A stretch of 64,000 bases of DNA, taken from NCBI GenBank assembly GCA_963744145.1, contig CAVUSO010000001.1:512001-576000 (forward strand). The letters are read 5' to 3'. The first letter of the stretch is position 1. The number at the start of each line of letters is the position of its first letter. The notes under the pieces are model-generated. The model had not been told where the DNA came from. It ran no database searches and saw nothing but the letters and a program-made list of their open reading frames with translations. The position numbers and the translations under genes are program-made. Positions 54,629 to 64,000 of this stretch are shown piece by piece. The stretch comes from an uncultured cyanobacterium. GTDB lineage: Bacteria > Cyanobacteriota > Cyanobacteriia > Cyanobacteriales > CAWUOF01.

Positions 54629-56040
54629 CTAATTTGAAATATCTTACCCTTGATTTATTTGCTTTTAATCTCGTTGATGCTTTAGGTCTTGATAAAGAAA
54701 AAGCACAAAAGAAATGCGATGATTTTTGGCAAAATAACTTACTGCAATATATAGAAAATTTACCAGAATATCAACTTAAAACCGAACCAGACAAAGTAAA
54801 ATTTAGTTTTAAATTAGATTCCGATCGCATTGAAGGTTTCTACCAGCGTAAAAAAATTGAGGATGGTTATAACTGGTTATTTGATTATTCCATCATTGAC
54901 CAAGAAATTTCCTTAGATCAAACCACTAATTTAGCAAAAATCAAACAGCTAATCCCTAATCTCCCAAATCCGTCTCAGGAGAAAATATTACCTGAATATA
55001 TATTACTAGGGCAAACCTGGATGATTTCTAGTTGGCTATATGCTCATCCATTAGAACAATATAATCCCCTTCCTCATATTTCTGGTGACATCGATCGACA
55101 ATTACAGCAGTTTGCTAGTAAATTATATCAAGATTTGTGTGGCAAAGCTTGGCAGCATTACCACGTCGGTAAATTTTTGGGAGGGACGATTTTTGAAGTT
55201 TGGTGTTCTGGGCAAAAATGGGATAAAATTGAAGATAATAGTCATGCAATTATTATATTTTATAATGATAAAGCAAGTTTTGATCAAGCTGGTAAATTTT
55301 ATGATCATTGGCGTCATTTACTCTATTGTCGTCACAAAATTTTGTTTGCTTATCAGCAAAGTCGTAATCTTAAACAAAGTCTGAAAGATTATTTTAGTGA
55401 AGTTGTTGTTAAACTCAAAAGTATTAGAGATAATTTAGAAATTAATTGTGAAGAAGATTGGCAAATTGCTTTAAAAAGTTGTGCTAAATATGCGATCGAC
55501 TTAAATGTTTTAATTAGTCAAGCAAAAACGATTGAAGTTAATCTGGAAAATTATAACAGATTGTTACAAGTTTTAGAAACAGAGGGTAATAAATTTGCTC
55601 CCACTAATTTACAACATTTTCAACAGGAATTTAATGAAGTTGTTATAAATCAATACCAAAAACAAATAGAAAAAGATTATGCTAGTTTTACTCCTGGGTT
55701 AGAAATTTTAAAAAATTTGGTGGATACAATTCGGGGGATGGTAGAGGTAGAAAAGATTAAAAGCGATCGGCGAATTGAACGTACTATTGCGATCGGAGGG
55801 ATTGCGATCGGTACTGCGTCTGTTTCTGCTTCTGCGATTTCTCCTTTTATTGAAACTATTACTCAGCTACCTTTAAAGACAGTTACTACAATTCAGCTAC
55901 CTTCTAAAAAAGTAGAGACTAAGGAAGTTCTAATTCCCCATAATGCTTGGTTTAATTTTGGGATAGCTTTCTTGATTAGTATTTTTATTGGTTTATTGTT
56001 TGGGTCGATAACTGGGGTTATTTTGAAGTTGAGAGATTAG
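54625..56040 (+). CDS. Hypothetical protein with a long helical region and two C-terminal hydrophobic segments (third gene of the CHAT operon; possibly CATRA-like)
   Basis: 471 aa; RHLLYCRHKILFAY and KTIEVNLENY helices; TIAIGGIAIGTASVSASAI and FGIAFLISIFIGLLFGSITGVIL. Confidence 0.7.
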   Translation: MTNLKYLTLDLFAFNLVDALGLDKEKAQKKCDDFWQNNLLQYIENLPEYQLKTEPDKVKFSFKLDSDRIEGFYQRKKIEDGYNWLFDYSIIDQEISLDQTTNLAKIKQLIPNLPNPSQEKILPEYILLGQTWMISSWLYAHPLEQYNPLPHISGDIDRQLQQFASKLYQDLCGKAWQHYHVGKFLGGTIFEVWCSGQKWDKIEDNSHAIIIFYNDKASFDQAGKFYDHWRHLLYCRHKILFAYQQSRNLKQSLKDYFSEVVVKLKSIRDNLEINCEEDWQIALKSCAKYAIDLNVLISQAKTIEVNLENYNRLLQVLETEGNKFAPTNLQHFQQEFNEVVINQYQKQIEKDYASFTPGLEILKNLVDTIRGMVEVEKIKSDRRIERTIAIGGIAIGTASVSASAISPFIETITQLPLKTVTTIQLPSKKVETKEVLIPHNAWFNFGIAFLISIFIGLLFGSITGVILKLRD

Positions 56041-56061
56041 ATCGGGTTAAATTGAAATATG

Positions 56062-56526
56062 GTTCAGTTCACCGTAGGGGCAAAGCATTTCGGCGAATCA
56101 ATGATGGCTGAAACGTTTACCCTGAGCGTAGTCGAAGGGAAGAATAATATTACCGAAATGCTTTGCCCTTACCATCTATGCAGCCAACCGATCAACTAGA
56201 TATTAAAATACATTCAGTTACCAATATAGTTCAGTTCACCGTAGGGGCAAAGCATTTCGGCGAATCAATGATGGCTGAAACGTTTACCCTGAGCGTAGTC
56301 GAAGGGAAGAATAATATTACCGAAATGCTTTGCCCTTACCATCTATGCAGCCAACCGATCAACTAGATATTAAAATACATTCAGTTACCAATATAGTTCA
56401 GTTCACCGTAGGGGCAAAGCATTTCGGCGAATCAATGATGGCTGAAACGAAGAATAATATTACCGAAATGCTTTGCCCTTACCATCTATGCAGCCAACCG
56501 ATCAACTAGATATTAAAATACATTCA
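56062..56526 (+). repeat. Tandem triplication of a REP-containing unit (167-bp period)
   Basis: GTTCAGTTCACCGTAGGGGCAAAGCATTTCGG starts at 56062, 56229 and 56396; third copy lacks a 24-nt internal segment. Confidence 0.92.
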
Positions 56527-56539
56527 TTTAAGTTTTTTT

Positions 56540-56649
56540 TGGGAGTTCTCGGCGAAGAAGGGCGAAGCATTCGGATATAATGTTAACTTGTTTAAGTGAT
56601 AAATTATCGCCCGAATGCTTCGCCCCTACAATTAACTGAACTGTATTGG
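56540..56649 (+). repeat. MITE/REP copy of the CAATACGGTTCAGTTA family (right end intact)
   Basis: GGGCGAAGCATTCGG...CCGAATGCTTCGCCCCTACAATTAACTGAACTGTATTG. Confidence 0.75.
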
Positions 56650-56659
56650 ATTATGGCTA

Positions 56660-57697
56660 TTAAGGAGCTGGATTAGAATAACGAGTATGTACAGCATCGA
56701 TTTCTGCTAAGATATTAGTGTCCAGTTCTACTTGGAAACTCTCTATGTTTTCTTTCAGTTGAGTCATGGTTGTCGCTCCAATAATTGTACTGGTTACAAA
56801 CCATCGACTCCTGACAAATGCTAACGCTAATTGGGTGAGACTTAGTTGGTGAGCTTTGGCTATTTCTGCATATCCGGCGATCGCTTCACTGACCATTGGT
56901 TTTAAATAGCGTTGACCAAATCCTGGAAATAAGTCAATGCGGGAATTTTTGGCAACACCATGAAGATGTTTTCCTGATAAAAATCCGAATCCTAACGGAC
57001 TATAAGCAAGTAATCCTATATTTTCTCGATAAGAAACTTCTGCTAAGGTTGAATCAAAAACTCGGTTAAGTAAATTATAAGCGTTTTGGATGGAAACAAC
57101 TTTGGGTAATCCTAAAGATTTTGCAGCATGGCTAAATTGACAAACTCCCCAAGGGGTTTCGTTACTTAAACCCAGATATCGAATTTTTCCAGCTTTGATT
57201 AGCTCGGCAAAACTTGATAATTGTTCCTCGATCGGTACTGTTTCTCGTTCTTGTTCAGGATTATATAGGGCTTGACCAAAAAGGGGAACATTGCGATCGG
57301 GCCAGTGAATTTGATATAAGTCAATGTAATCTGTTTGTAAGCGTTTGAGACTAGCATTGACTGCGGTGATAATATTATCACGATTAATCGCTAAATTCCC
57401 ATTACGCACCCATGTAATTGGTCTACCTGAACCAGCGATTTTGGTCGCGATAATCAGTTGATCTCGTTGTTGATGTTTTAACCATTCACCTAGATAGGTT
57501 TCGGTTAATCCATAGGTTTCAGCCCGGGGTGGAACTGAGTACATTTCTGCGGTATCAATAAAGTTAATTCCTTGATTAATTGCGTAATCTAATTGCTGAT
57601 GGGCTTCTTCTAGGGTGTTTTGCTGTCCAAAGGTCATTGTCCCTAGACAAATCTCAGAAACTTTAATGTTGCTATCTCCAATTTGGTTATATTTCAT
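56660..57697 (-). CDS. Aldo/keto reductase (Tas-like)
   Basis: LGTMTFG, FIDTAEMY, IDLYQIHWP, GLSNETPWG and LAYSPLG motifs. Confidence 0.93.
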   Translation of the reverse strand: MKYNQIGDSNIKVSEICLGTMTFGQQNTLEEAHQQLDYAINQGINFIDTAEMYSVPPRAETYGLTETYLGEWLKHQQRDQLIIATKIAGSGRPITWVRNGNLAINRDNIITAVNASLKRLQTDYIDLYQIHWPDRNVPLFGQALYNPEQERETVPIEEQLSSFAELIKAGKIRYLGLSNETPWGVCQFSHAAKSLGLPKVVSIQNAYNLLNRVFDSTLAEVSYRENIGLLAYSPLGFGFLSGKHLHGVAKNSRIDLFPGFGQRYLKPMVSEAIAGYAEIAKAHQLSLTQLALAFVRSRWFVTSTIIGATTMTQLKENIESFQVELDTNILAEIDAVHTRYSNPAP

Positions 57698-57810
57698 GGT
57701 TAGGTGTAGTTTGGTTGTTCATTAATTTGCCTTGATGTTATCATAGAGCTTGGCCATGGTCAATGCTTTTGCTGACCTTAGCGGACATCCGAACGTTCAC
57801 GCATTAACTT

Positions 57811-59061
57811 ATGAGTAAAGCGAATCAGAATTTTGATATTGAGCAAGAGTTAGAAAAATTACGTCACCAGTTAAAACCCAATCCTCAAGGGGAAAATCAG
57901 GTAAGCTCCCAGCAACAAGTACCAAAAAAGCGAAAAGCTAGAAAAAACCTCTTTCCTACAGGATCGTTAGTCGCGATCGCAGTGTTGGGGTTCGGATTAG
58001 GTGCTATGGGGATAATGGGATGGAAAACTTGGGTTTTGGCTAAAGCGAAAACAACTATTGTTGAAGCAGAAAAAGTTGATCATGTTGATGAAATTTCAAC
58101 CCTAACAAAGACTAAACAGTCTTTACAAGACGCGATCGCTAATTTAGAAAAAATTCCCACTGTGTTAGAATTTTCTGATCAAGAAGCTAGTTTGGATTTA
58201 ATGAAGTTGCGATCGCTATTGTTCCTAGTAGACCAAAATCTTCAAGCAACCGAAAATTTAGCCAGTGCAGAAAATTTAGCCATCCAAGCAGCAACCATTG
58301 TTCAGTCTCCTCCCCATCCCTTAAATATCTGGCAACAAGCTGAAATTGATTGGAACCAAGCAATTTTTTTGTTAGAAAAAATTCCCCCATCAACCTCAGT
58401 AGCAGAAACTGCTCAAAAAAAATTATTGAGTTACCGTTCTAACCAAGATTTGATTCATAAAAGGGTAGAGATTGCGCGTCAAGCGGTAGATTTTAATAAT
58501 CAAGGAGCGGAAACAATTAAAACTAGAAATTATCAAAAAGCAATTCAATTTTTTACTCAAGCAATTAATCTTAATGCTGCTCTAGCTGAAGCTTATTATG
58601 GTCGCGGAATGGCTTATTCCGAGTTAGGAAATAAATCAGCAGCGTTGCTTAATTATAATCAAGCTATCCAATCTAATAGTGATTTTGCTGAAGCTTATTT
58701 TAGCAGAGGTAGATATTATTATGATACAGGCGATCGCGTCAAAGCTATGGCAGATTTTGAGCAAACTATTCGCGTTAATCCTAATTATGCGATCGCGTAT
58801 TTAGAAAGAGGAGCAATTCGTTATCAATTAGGAATGCAATCCACGGGAATAAGTGATTTTCAAAAAGCATCTGAGTTATGTTTGCAACAGGGAGATCTAA
58901 ACAATTATCAATTAGCTCAAAATTTACTGATGAAATTTAATCAAAGTTCTCCAGCAAACAGTCCTGAAGAAAAAAATGATAAAATTATTTCCCCTATTCA
59001 ATTACAGATTCCTCAACCTAAAACTCATCCACAATCATCTAGTCCCAGTGAGAAAAAATAA
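57811..59061 (+). CDS. Membrane-anchored TPR protein
   Basis: TM helix at about aa 50-72; C-terminal TPRs (AEAYYGRG, AEAYFSRG, AIAYLERG). Confidence 0.85.
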   Translation: MSKANQNFDIEQELEKLRHQLKPNPQGENQVSSQQQVPKKRKARKNLFPTGSLVAIAVLGFGLGAMGIMGWKTWVLAKAKTTIVEAEKVDHVDEISTLTKTKQSLQDAIANLEKIPTVLEFSDQEASLDLMKLRSLLFLVDQNLQATENLASAENLAIQAATIVQSPPHPLNIWQQAEIDWNQAIFLLEKIPPSTSVAETAQKKLLSYRSNQDLIHKRVEIARQAVDFNNQGAETIKTRNYQKAIQFFTQAINLNAALAEAYYGRGMAYSELGNKSAALLNYNQAIQSNSDFAEAYFSRGRYYYDTGDRVKAMADFEQTIRVNPNYAIAYLERGAIRYQLGMQSTGISDFQKASELCLQQGDLNNYQLAQNLLMKFNQSSPANSPEEKNDKIISPIQLQIPQPKTHPQSSSPSEKK

Positions 59062-59089
59062 ATGTCAGTGGTAACGCGATCGCCCAGAT

Positions 59090-59461
59090 TTATTTAAAAA
59101 ATAAATACCTAATTCCAATCACCAGCAGAAATATACCGTAGAGTTTTTTCATCATTTCACTACTAATAAAAGGTTGGTTAGCAAAAAGTGCCCCAAACAG
59201 ATTCCCCACTACTAATCCAATTGCAATCATCACACCATATTTGATATTTAAGTTACCGTTACGGTAATAAACAATTGCGGATAAAATTCCAATTGGTAAA
59301 ACCTGTGCTGCTAAAGATGTACCTGTAGCAAATTTTTGGTCTAAGTTCAAGAGCAATACCATTCCTGGTACTATGATCGCACCACCACCAATCCCAAACA
59401 TCCCACCTGCAATTCCTGCGACTAAACCGATAATCAGAAGTTGGATCAGAATCAGAGACAT
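59090..59461 (-). CDS. TauE/SafE (TSUP) family half-size permease
   Basis: GGMFGIGGGAIIVP and ATGTSLA motifs; about 4 TM helices. Confidence 0.85.
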   Translation of the reverse strand: MSLILIQLLIIGLVAGIAGGMFGIGGGAIIVPGMVLLLNLDQKFATGTSLAAQVLPIGILSAIVYYRNGNLNIKYGVMIAIGLVVGNLFGALFANQPFISSEMMKKLYGIFLLVIGIRYLFFK

Positions 59462-59556
59462 AGTTAAGTAGATGATTTTTAGATATTAAAAATCATTATA
59501 ATAGTTATGGCTGTCACCTAAATTACATTAGTATATTTTCAGATTTGCTGACCCTC

Positions 59557-60156
59557 ATGTCCCTATCTCCAACCCCAACGATTAAATTTCTCCAACAACC
59601 GACTTCTTTAGAGTGGGTAAGTCAAGCGATCGCTAATCTGGATACAATCTTACTTGATCACTCTCATTGTGAACGCAAAGCCGCAGGAGTAGCGGTAAAT
59701 TTAATGTTTCGCTATCCTTCTCATCAGAAAATGATCCGGATGCTGACAGCGATCGCGATTGAAGAATTAGAGCATTTTGAGCTGGTAAATCGATGGTTAG
59801 AACGTCGGGGGATAGCTTTGGCTCCTCTAGCTGCACCTCCCTATGCAACTGGGTTAAATGCTCAAATTCGTCGTCAAGAACCAGAGCGTTTATTAGATTC
59901 TTTGCTGGTTTCTGGTTTAATTGAAGCTCGTAGTCACGAAAGGTTAGGTTTATTAGCGACCCATTGTCCTGATGCAGAATTATCTAGTTTTTATCGCGGT
60001 TTAATGGTTTCGGAAGCACGTCATTATGGAGTTTATTGGATTCTTGCTACTACCTATTTTGACCGGATAATTGCTACCGATCGCTTGCAAGAATTAGCGA
60101 GAATTGAAAGTGATTTACTTGCTACTCTCTATCCCCAACCACGAATACATAGCTAG
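59557..60156 (+). CDS. miaE: tRNA-(ms2i6A37) hydroxylase
   Basis: LLDHSHCERKAA, EELEHF, IEARSHERL and SEARHY di-iron motifs. Confidence 0.92.
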   Translation: MSLSPTPTIKFLQQPTSLEWVSQAIANLDTILLDHSHCERKAAGVAVNLMFRYPSHQKMIRMLTAIAIEELEHFELVNRWLERRGIALAPLAAPPYATGLNAQIRRQEPERLLDSLLVSGLIEARSHERLGLLATHCPDAELSSFYRGLMVSEARHYGVYWILATTYFDRIIATDRLQELARIESDLLATLYPQPRIHS

Positions 60157-60170
60157 GAGCTTAGTCCCAG

Positions 60171-60743
60171 CTACTTTTTAAATAGGAAAGGACGTGCAAA
60201 AGAATAACCAATCCCAAAAGCACTAGCAACTACTAAAATAATTACAATTATCGGCCAGAATCGCCCAATTCTCATCATCTGTTGAGAATTCCGGTGAGGA
60301 CGGTAATGTTCTTGTGCTTGTTCGGTCAATAATTTATTTGGTGGATAGGCAAAATAGGAATCATCATTATGATCATCCATACTATGATCATCCGCGATCG
60401 CCCCTACAGTCGGACTTTGAGGAAAATACGCGGGTGATGACAGGGAATTTGCTGGTGTCCCATTAGCAGTTTGACTAACCCCGACCTGATGACCCGATAA
60501 CTGTTGCATTCGCAATACGGTTTGAACTACCTGATCAATTTCTCGCTGTAACTGTTGATTTTGCAAGAGTAATTGTTGATTTTGGGTAGTCAGCTCTTGA
60601 TATTTAATATTGAGAGAGTCTAACATGGCTTGGGTAGCTTGCATTTCTGCGACCAATTCTCGGTAAACGGAAATTGGGACAGAAGGAGAGTAAGTATTAC
60701 TACCCATCAGAGGCGAGGGTTCAGAAGCGTTATGATTATTCAT
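60171..60743 (-). CDS. Conserved cyanobacterial coiled-coil protein with a C-terminal TM helix
   Basis: YSPSVPISVYRELVAEMQA, coiled coil, C-terminal IIVILVVASAFGIGY. Confidence 0.7.
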   Translation of the reverse strand: MNNHNASEPSPLMGSNTYSPSVPISVYRELVAEMQATQAMLDSLNIKYQELTTQNQQLLLQNQQLQREIDQVVQTVLRMQQLSGHQVGVSQTANGTPANSLSSPAYFPQSPTVGAIADDHSMDDHNDDSYFAYPPNKLLTEQAQEHYRPHRNSQQMMRIGRFWPIIVIILVVASAFGIGYSFARPFLFKK

Positions 60744-60835
60744 AATCTGTAGTCCGAGAATGTCTCAAGTTATTTGCAATTAGAACAAGGTCAGAGAAAT
60801 TAGTCAAGTTATTTGCTCCAAATTGAAATCCACCG

Positions 60836-61267
60836 ATGAACCAATCCCTAAACCAACCAAACTGGTCCCCCAGTCCTAACACTACTAGTGATCCGACAGA
60901 AAGCAAATATGGTGAACGGAACATTACTCAGGGACAATTAATCACCTTTCCCAATCCCCGGATCGGACGAAAATACGAGATTAACATCTCTTTACCAGAG
61001 TTTACCTGTAAATGTCCCTTTTCTGGCTATCCAGATTTTGCCACCATTGAGATTAACTATATCCCCGACCAAAAGGTGGTAGAATTAAAAGCAATCAAGC
61101 TTTATATTAATAGCTATCGCGATCGCTATATTTCCCATGAAGAATCTGTTAATCAAATTCTCGATGATTTTGTGAGTGCTTGTGATCCGATCGAGGTGAC
61201 AGTTACAGGGGATTTTTCTCCTCGGGGTAACGTTCACACTGTGATTAAGGTGCATCACCAAAAGTAA
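60836..61267 (+). CDS. queF: NADPH-dependent 7-cyano-7-deazaguanine (preQ0) reductase
   Basis: PEFTCKCPFSGYPDFA, VELKAIKLY, SHEE and FSPRG motifs. Confidence 0.95.
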   Translation: MNQSLNQPNWSPSPNTTSDPTESKYGERNITQGQLITFPNPRIGRKYEINISLPEFTCKCPFSGYPDFATIEINYIPDQKVVELKAIKLYINSYRDRYISHEESVNQILDDFVSACDPIEVTVTGDFSPRGNVHTVIKVHHQK

Positions 61268-61271
61268 AAAA

Positions 61272-62660
61272 TTAATGAGCAGCAAGATCCAACAACTCAG
61301 GATTGGGTTTTGCTAATTCCTCAAATATTTCGATCATCTCCTGTTCAAATGCTACTTGAGCCCGATTAGTCCTTCCACCTACATAAAAGCGATCTCCTGA
61401 TTGGAGAGCCCAAATTTGGGAATGGGAAACATAACTCATTAGCACTCCCAAAATCAACAATCCAAACCCAGTATAAACGATGGGAATACCTGGATCAGCT
61501 TTAATTTGTAATCCTGTACTACCAATAATCTCTTTTAAATGCAGGGTAACCCCATTGACTTCGGTAGACATTCCGGAACGGACAGTGGAAACTAATTTTC
61601 CGGTATCATCATAAACAAAAACTGTTCCCTGTAAGTCTTTGGCTAATAAGGAAACTCCAGCACTTAAATCTGGTTTGGTGGGCACCCATGTCCCCCAAAT
61701 TTTGCCCTGATCTCCCAGATGTAATGGGACCATTGCTAATTGTAATACCGGACTATTATTAATTTTTACCTTTACCCCTGCAATCCCCCAGTCAGTTTGA
61801 TAAAAAGTTACTCCTTGATAGCGTAAAGGTTGATTAACGTAAATTTTTTTCTGGTCAACTTCTTGACCGTTTTTATCTAAAACTGATAAATCAGAATAAA
61901 ACTGATTGATCTTGCCATCAGCACTATAATCAATCCAGAAGCGATTTACTTTGACTGACCAATCTTGGGGAATTTGTGCTGCTGACCAAGGTCCAGCATC
62001 AAAGATATTTTTCACCTGAAATGTTTCACCACTAGGAACCATTTCTTGAGCCATAAATCCGGTCATTGAACCCCAAATTGCGCCCAATAGAATAATTAAC
62101 ATACTTGCATGAACGATAATCGGACCAATCTTCCCGACTAATCCTTTCCGAGCATAGAGAGAATTTTCTGACTGAAAAACCTGATATCCTTTTGTAGCTA
62201 ATAAGGGGGTTAATTTAGTCAGGGAACCTTGAGCTAACTCAGCACTCAGAGCTAGTTTTTCAAACTGACGTGGTTGGTCATAAAATTTCCAAAAACGAGC
62301 TGCTTTTAAAGCTGGAAATTGACGGGTAAAGGTACAAGCAGTTAAACTAGAACCAAATAAAATCAGAATTGCCAGAAACCACCAAGCACGATAAACATGG
62401 TCTAATCCCACCATTAAAATTATTTTCCCAGTCAGAAAACCAAATAAAGCAGGACTTTCGGGATAATTGGCTTGATAAAAAGCGATCGATTGACCTTGTT
62501 CAATCACTGTACCACTGATGCTCAACAGGGCTATGACCAATAAAAGTCCGATCGCTAACCGCAAATCTGCTAACAGGGGTAATAATTCTTGCTGAATAAA
62601 GCGTTGGGGAATTGAGATCCAAGTAAATAAAGTTGATGAAAAAGAATTGTTTTCGGTCAT
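61272..62660 (-). CDS. ccs1: Cytochrome c biogenesis protein Ccs1/CcsB (ResB-like)
   Basis: [29 protein letters not shown] and QIKADPG motifs. Confidence 0.93.
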   Translation of the reverse strand: MTENNSFSSTLFTWISIPQRFIQQELLPLLADLRLAIGLLLVIALLSISGTVIEQGQSIAFYQANYPESPALFGFLTGKIILMVGLDHVYRAWWFLAILILFGSSLTACTFTRQFPALKAARFWKFYDQPRQFEKLALSAELAQGSLTKLTPLLATKGYQVFQSENSLYARKGLVGKIGPIIVHASMLIILLGAIWGSMTGFMAQEMVPSGETFQVKNIFDAGPWSAAQIPQDWSVKVNRFWIDYSADGKINQFYSDLSVLDKNGQEVDQKKIYVNQPLRYQGVTFYQTDWGIAGVKVKINNSPVLQLAMVPLHLGDQGKIWGTWVPTKPDLSAGVSLLAKDLQGTVFVYDDTGKLVSTVRSGMSTEVNGVTLHLKEIIGSTGLQIKADPGIPIVYTGFGLLILGVLMSYVSHSQIWALQSGDRFYVGGRTNRAQVAFEQEMIEIFEELAKPNPELLDLAAH

Positions 62661-62669
62661 TAGATTTGA

Positions 62670-63407
62670 TTAAAAAACATTGATTGGTAGGCGAACTAGC
62701 AAGGAAACTACGCCAAATCCTACCAACATCGCGCCACTAACTGGTGTAATCCAACTAGACCAACGCCGTAACTCTAGCATTTTCTTAATCGCCACCGTAA
62801 AAGTGCCAGCGATGATCAACGGAATCACATATCCGATCGTATAGGATAGCAGAAAAACAGCTCCTAAAACTAAATCTTGGGTGGTTGCGACCCAAGAAAG
62901 AATCGTGACTAATACCGGGGTACTGCAAGGAGAAGCAACTAACCCAAACATTAATCCTAGCAAATAGGACCTAATTCCTGGGGGGAAGTCCTTACCAATC
63001 CAGTCAATACTCCCCAAAGATGGTAATTGGAGGGGTAAAGCTTCCAGTAAATTCAAGCCCATGATAATTGCTACAATACTCACCAGGATGGGAAAACCGA
63101 TCCCAATTTGACCATAAACTTTTCCCAGTAAGGCTGCCAAAATGCCTAATAAAGCTAAGGTAGTGGCTAATCCTAAGGAAAACCATGTTGATTGTACCAT
63201 GGCTTGGAGCCGGGTTTTGGCCTCATACCCACCGATATAGCCGATCGTAATTGGTAGCATAGACAGCATACAAGGGGTAAGACTGGTCAGTAACCCAGCC
63301 ATCAAGATTACACCAATACTAATGAAGCTCAAGTGGGTTAACTGGGTCGAAACCAGAGTATTGGCAAATTGTCCTAAATCATAGAGTTGGGTTTGTATGG
63401 TATCCAT
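62670..63407 (-). CDS. ccdA: Cytochrome c biogenesis thiol-disulfide transporter CcdA
   Basis: TSLTPCMLSMLP and VASPCSTP paired Pro-Cys motifs. Confidence 0.93.
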   Translation of the reverse strand: MDTIQTQLYDLGQFANTLVSTQLTHLSFISIGVILMAGLLTSLTPCMLSMLPITIGYIGGYEAKTRLQAMVQSTWFSLGLATTLALLGILAALLGKVYGQIGIGFPILVSIVAIIMGLNLLEALPLQLPSLGSIDWIGKDFPPGIRSYLLGLMFGLVASPCSTPVLVTILSWVATTQDLVLGAVFLLSYTIGYVIPLIIAGTFTVAIKKMLELRRWSSWITPVSGAMLVGFGVVSLLVRLPINVF

Positions 63408-63496
63408 GATGGGCTAATTAGTAGTTGTAATCTTGATTAATTATAGCTAATTTTAGTTCTAACTATTGTCTGCTAATGTGCTGAGGTTAAATAATT

Positions 63497-64000
63497 ATGC
63501 TCAAGGGGAATCATCTAATTTTTCGATTTTTTCGTCAAGTTCCAGGTTGGCAAGATAGCATCCAGTTATATGACCAAATTATCAGTCAAATTACAGCTAG
63601 CGCTAAACTTTGTATTGTTAGTATTACAATCACTAGCTTAATTTTGGGAATGAGACAAATTGGATGGTTGGAACCATTGGAACTGAGTGCTTTCGATGAA
63701 ATGATGAGATTTCGTTCCCAAGAGCAACCTGACTCACGATTATTACTGGTATCAATTACAGAAAAAGATATTGAAAATCTCAATGAATGGCCATTATCTG
63801 ATTTAACAGTAGCCCATATTTTGGAAAAATTAACTAAGTTACAACCAAGGGTGATTGGTTTAGATTTGTATCGACATATTTCTCATTCTATCGGTGCTAA
63901 TTTACTGATTACCCAATTGCAAAACCCAAACCTGATCGTGGTTACCAGTAACGGTAACACTCCCGATGAGCAAATTCGACCACCTGCTAATGTACCAAAT
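63497..64000 (+). CDS. CHASE2-domain sensor protein, N-terminal part (runs off the window edge)
   Basis: Manual translation from ATG 63497: ...LGMRQIGWLEPLELSAFDEMMRFR..PDSRLLLVSITEKDI..WPLSD...QPRVIGLDLYR. Confidence 0.85.
   Translation, partial: MLKGNHLIFRFFRQVPGWQDSIQLYDQIISQITASAKLCIVSITITSLILGMRQIGWLEPLELSAFDEMMRFRSQEQPDSRLLLVSITEKDIENLNEWPLSDLTVAHILEKLTKLQPRVIGLDLYRHISHSIGANLLITQLQNPNLIVVTSNGNTPDEQIRPPANVPN

Noticed and set aside
56062..56526. CRISPR array or coding ORF 56163-56366
   Set aside because: Whole 167-bp units are duplicated with no unique spacers; the ORF is a by-product of the repeat
60744..60835. preQ1 riboswitch upstream of queF
   Set aside because: Short divergent intergenic region with no recognisable preQ1 stem-loop plus A-rich tail

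Overview
Chromosomal segment of a cyanobacterium, shown by psbA, ndhB, cyaC, ccs1/ccdA and frequent HIP1 octamers (GCGATCGC). Most of it is housekeeping and signalling genes (ilvN, serS, rseP, dapL, cofG, recR, ald, hisC, ppsA, topA, miaE, queF; two class III nucleotide cyclases; two tandem chemoreceptors). Two accessory regions stand out. (1) About 13.3-18.8 kb, downstream of tRNA-Cys: an orphan hsdS, then a three-gene operon (PD-(D/E)xK-like nuclease with an acidic Ser-rich tail, plus two membrane proteins) divergent from an HTH protein across a GGAAAAAGAC repeat cluster. (2) About 48.2-56.6 kb: a toxin-antitoxin cassette cluster bounded by imperfect direct repeats, a 22-bp iteron-like tandem array, and a TPR-CHAT protease / small protein / membrane-anchored protein operon that looks like a protease-triggered conflict system. 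Many REP/MITE-like elements are present, some with clear target-site duplications. Three clear +1 frameshifts (rseP, psbA, first chemoreceptor) and a probable fourth (GNAT) most likely reflect assembly errors. recR appears to need a non-canonical start codon. All family calls are from motif recognition by eye; no searches were run.
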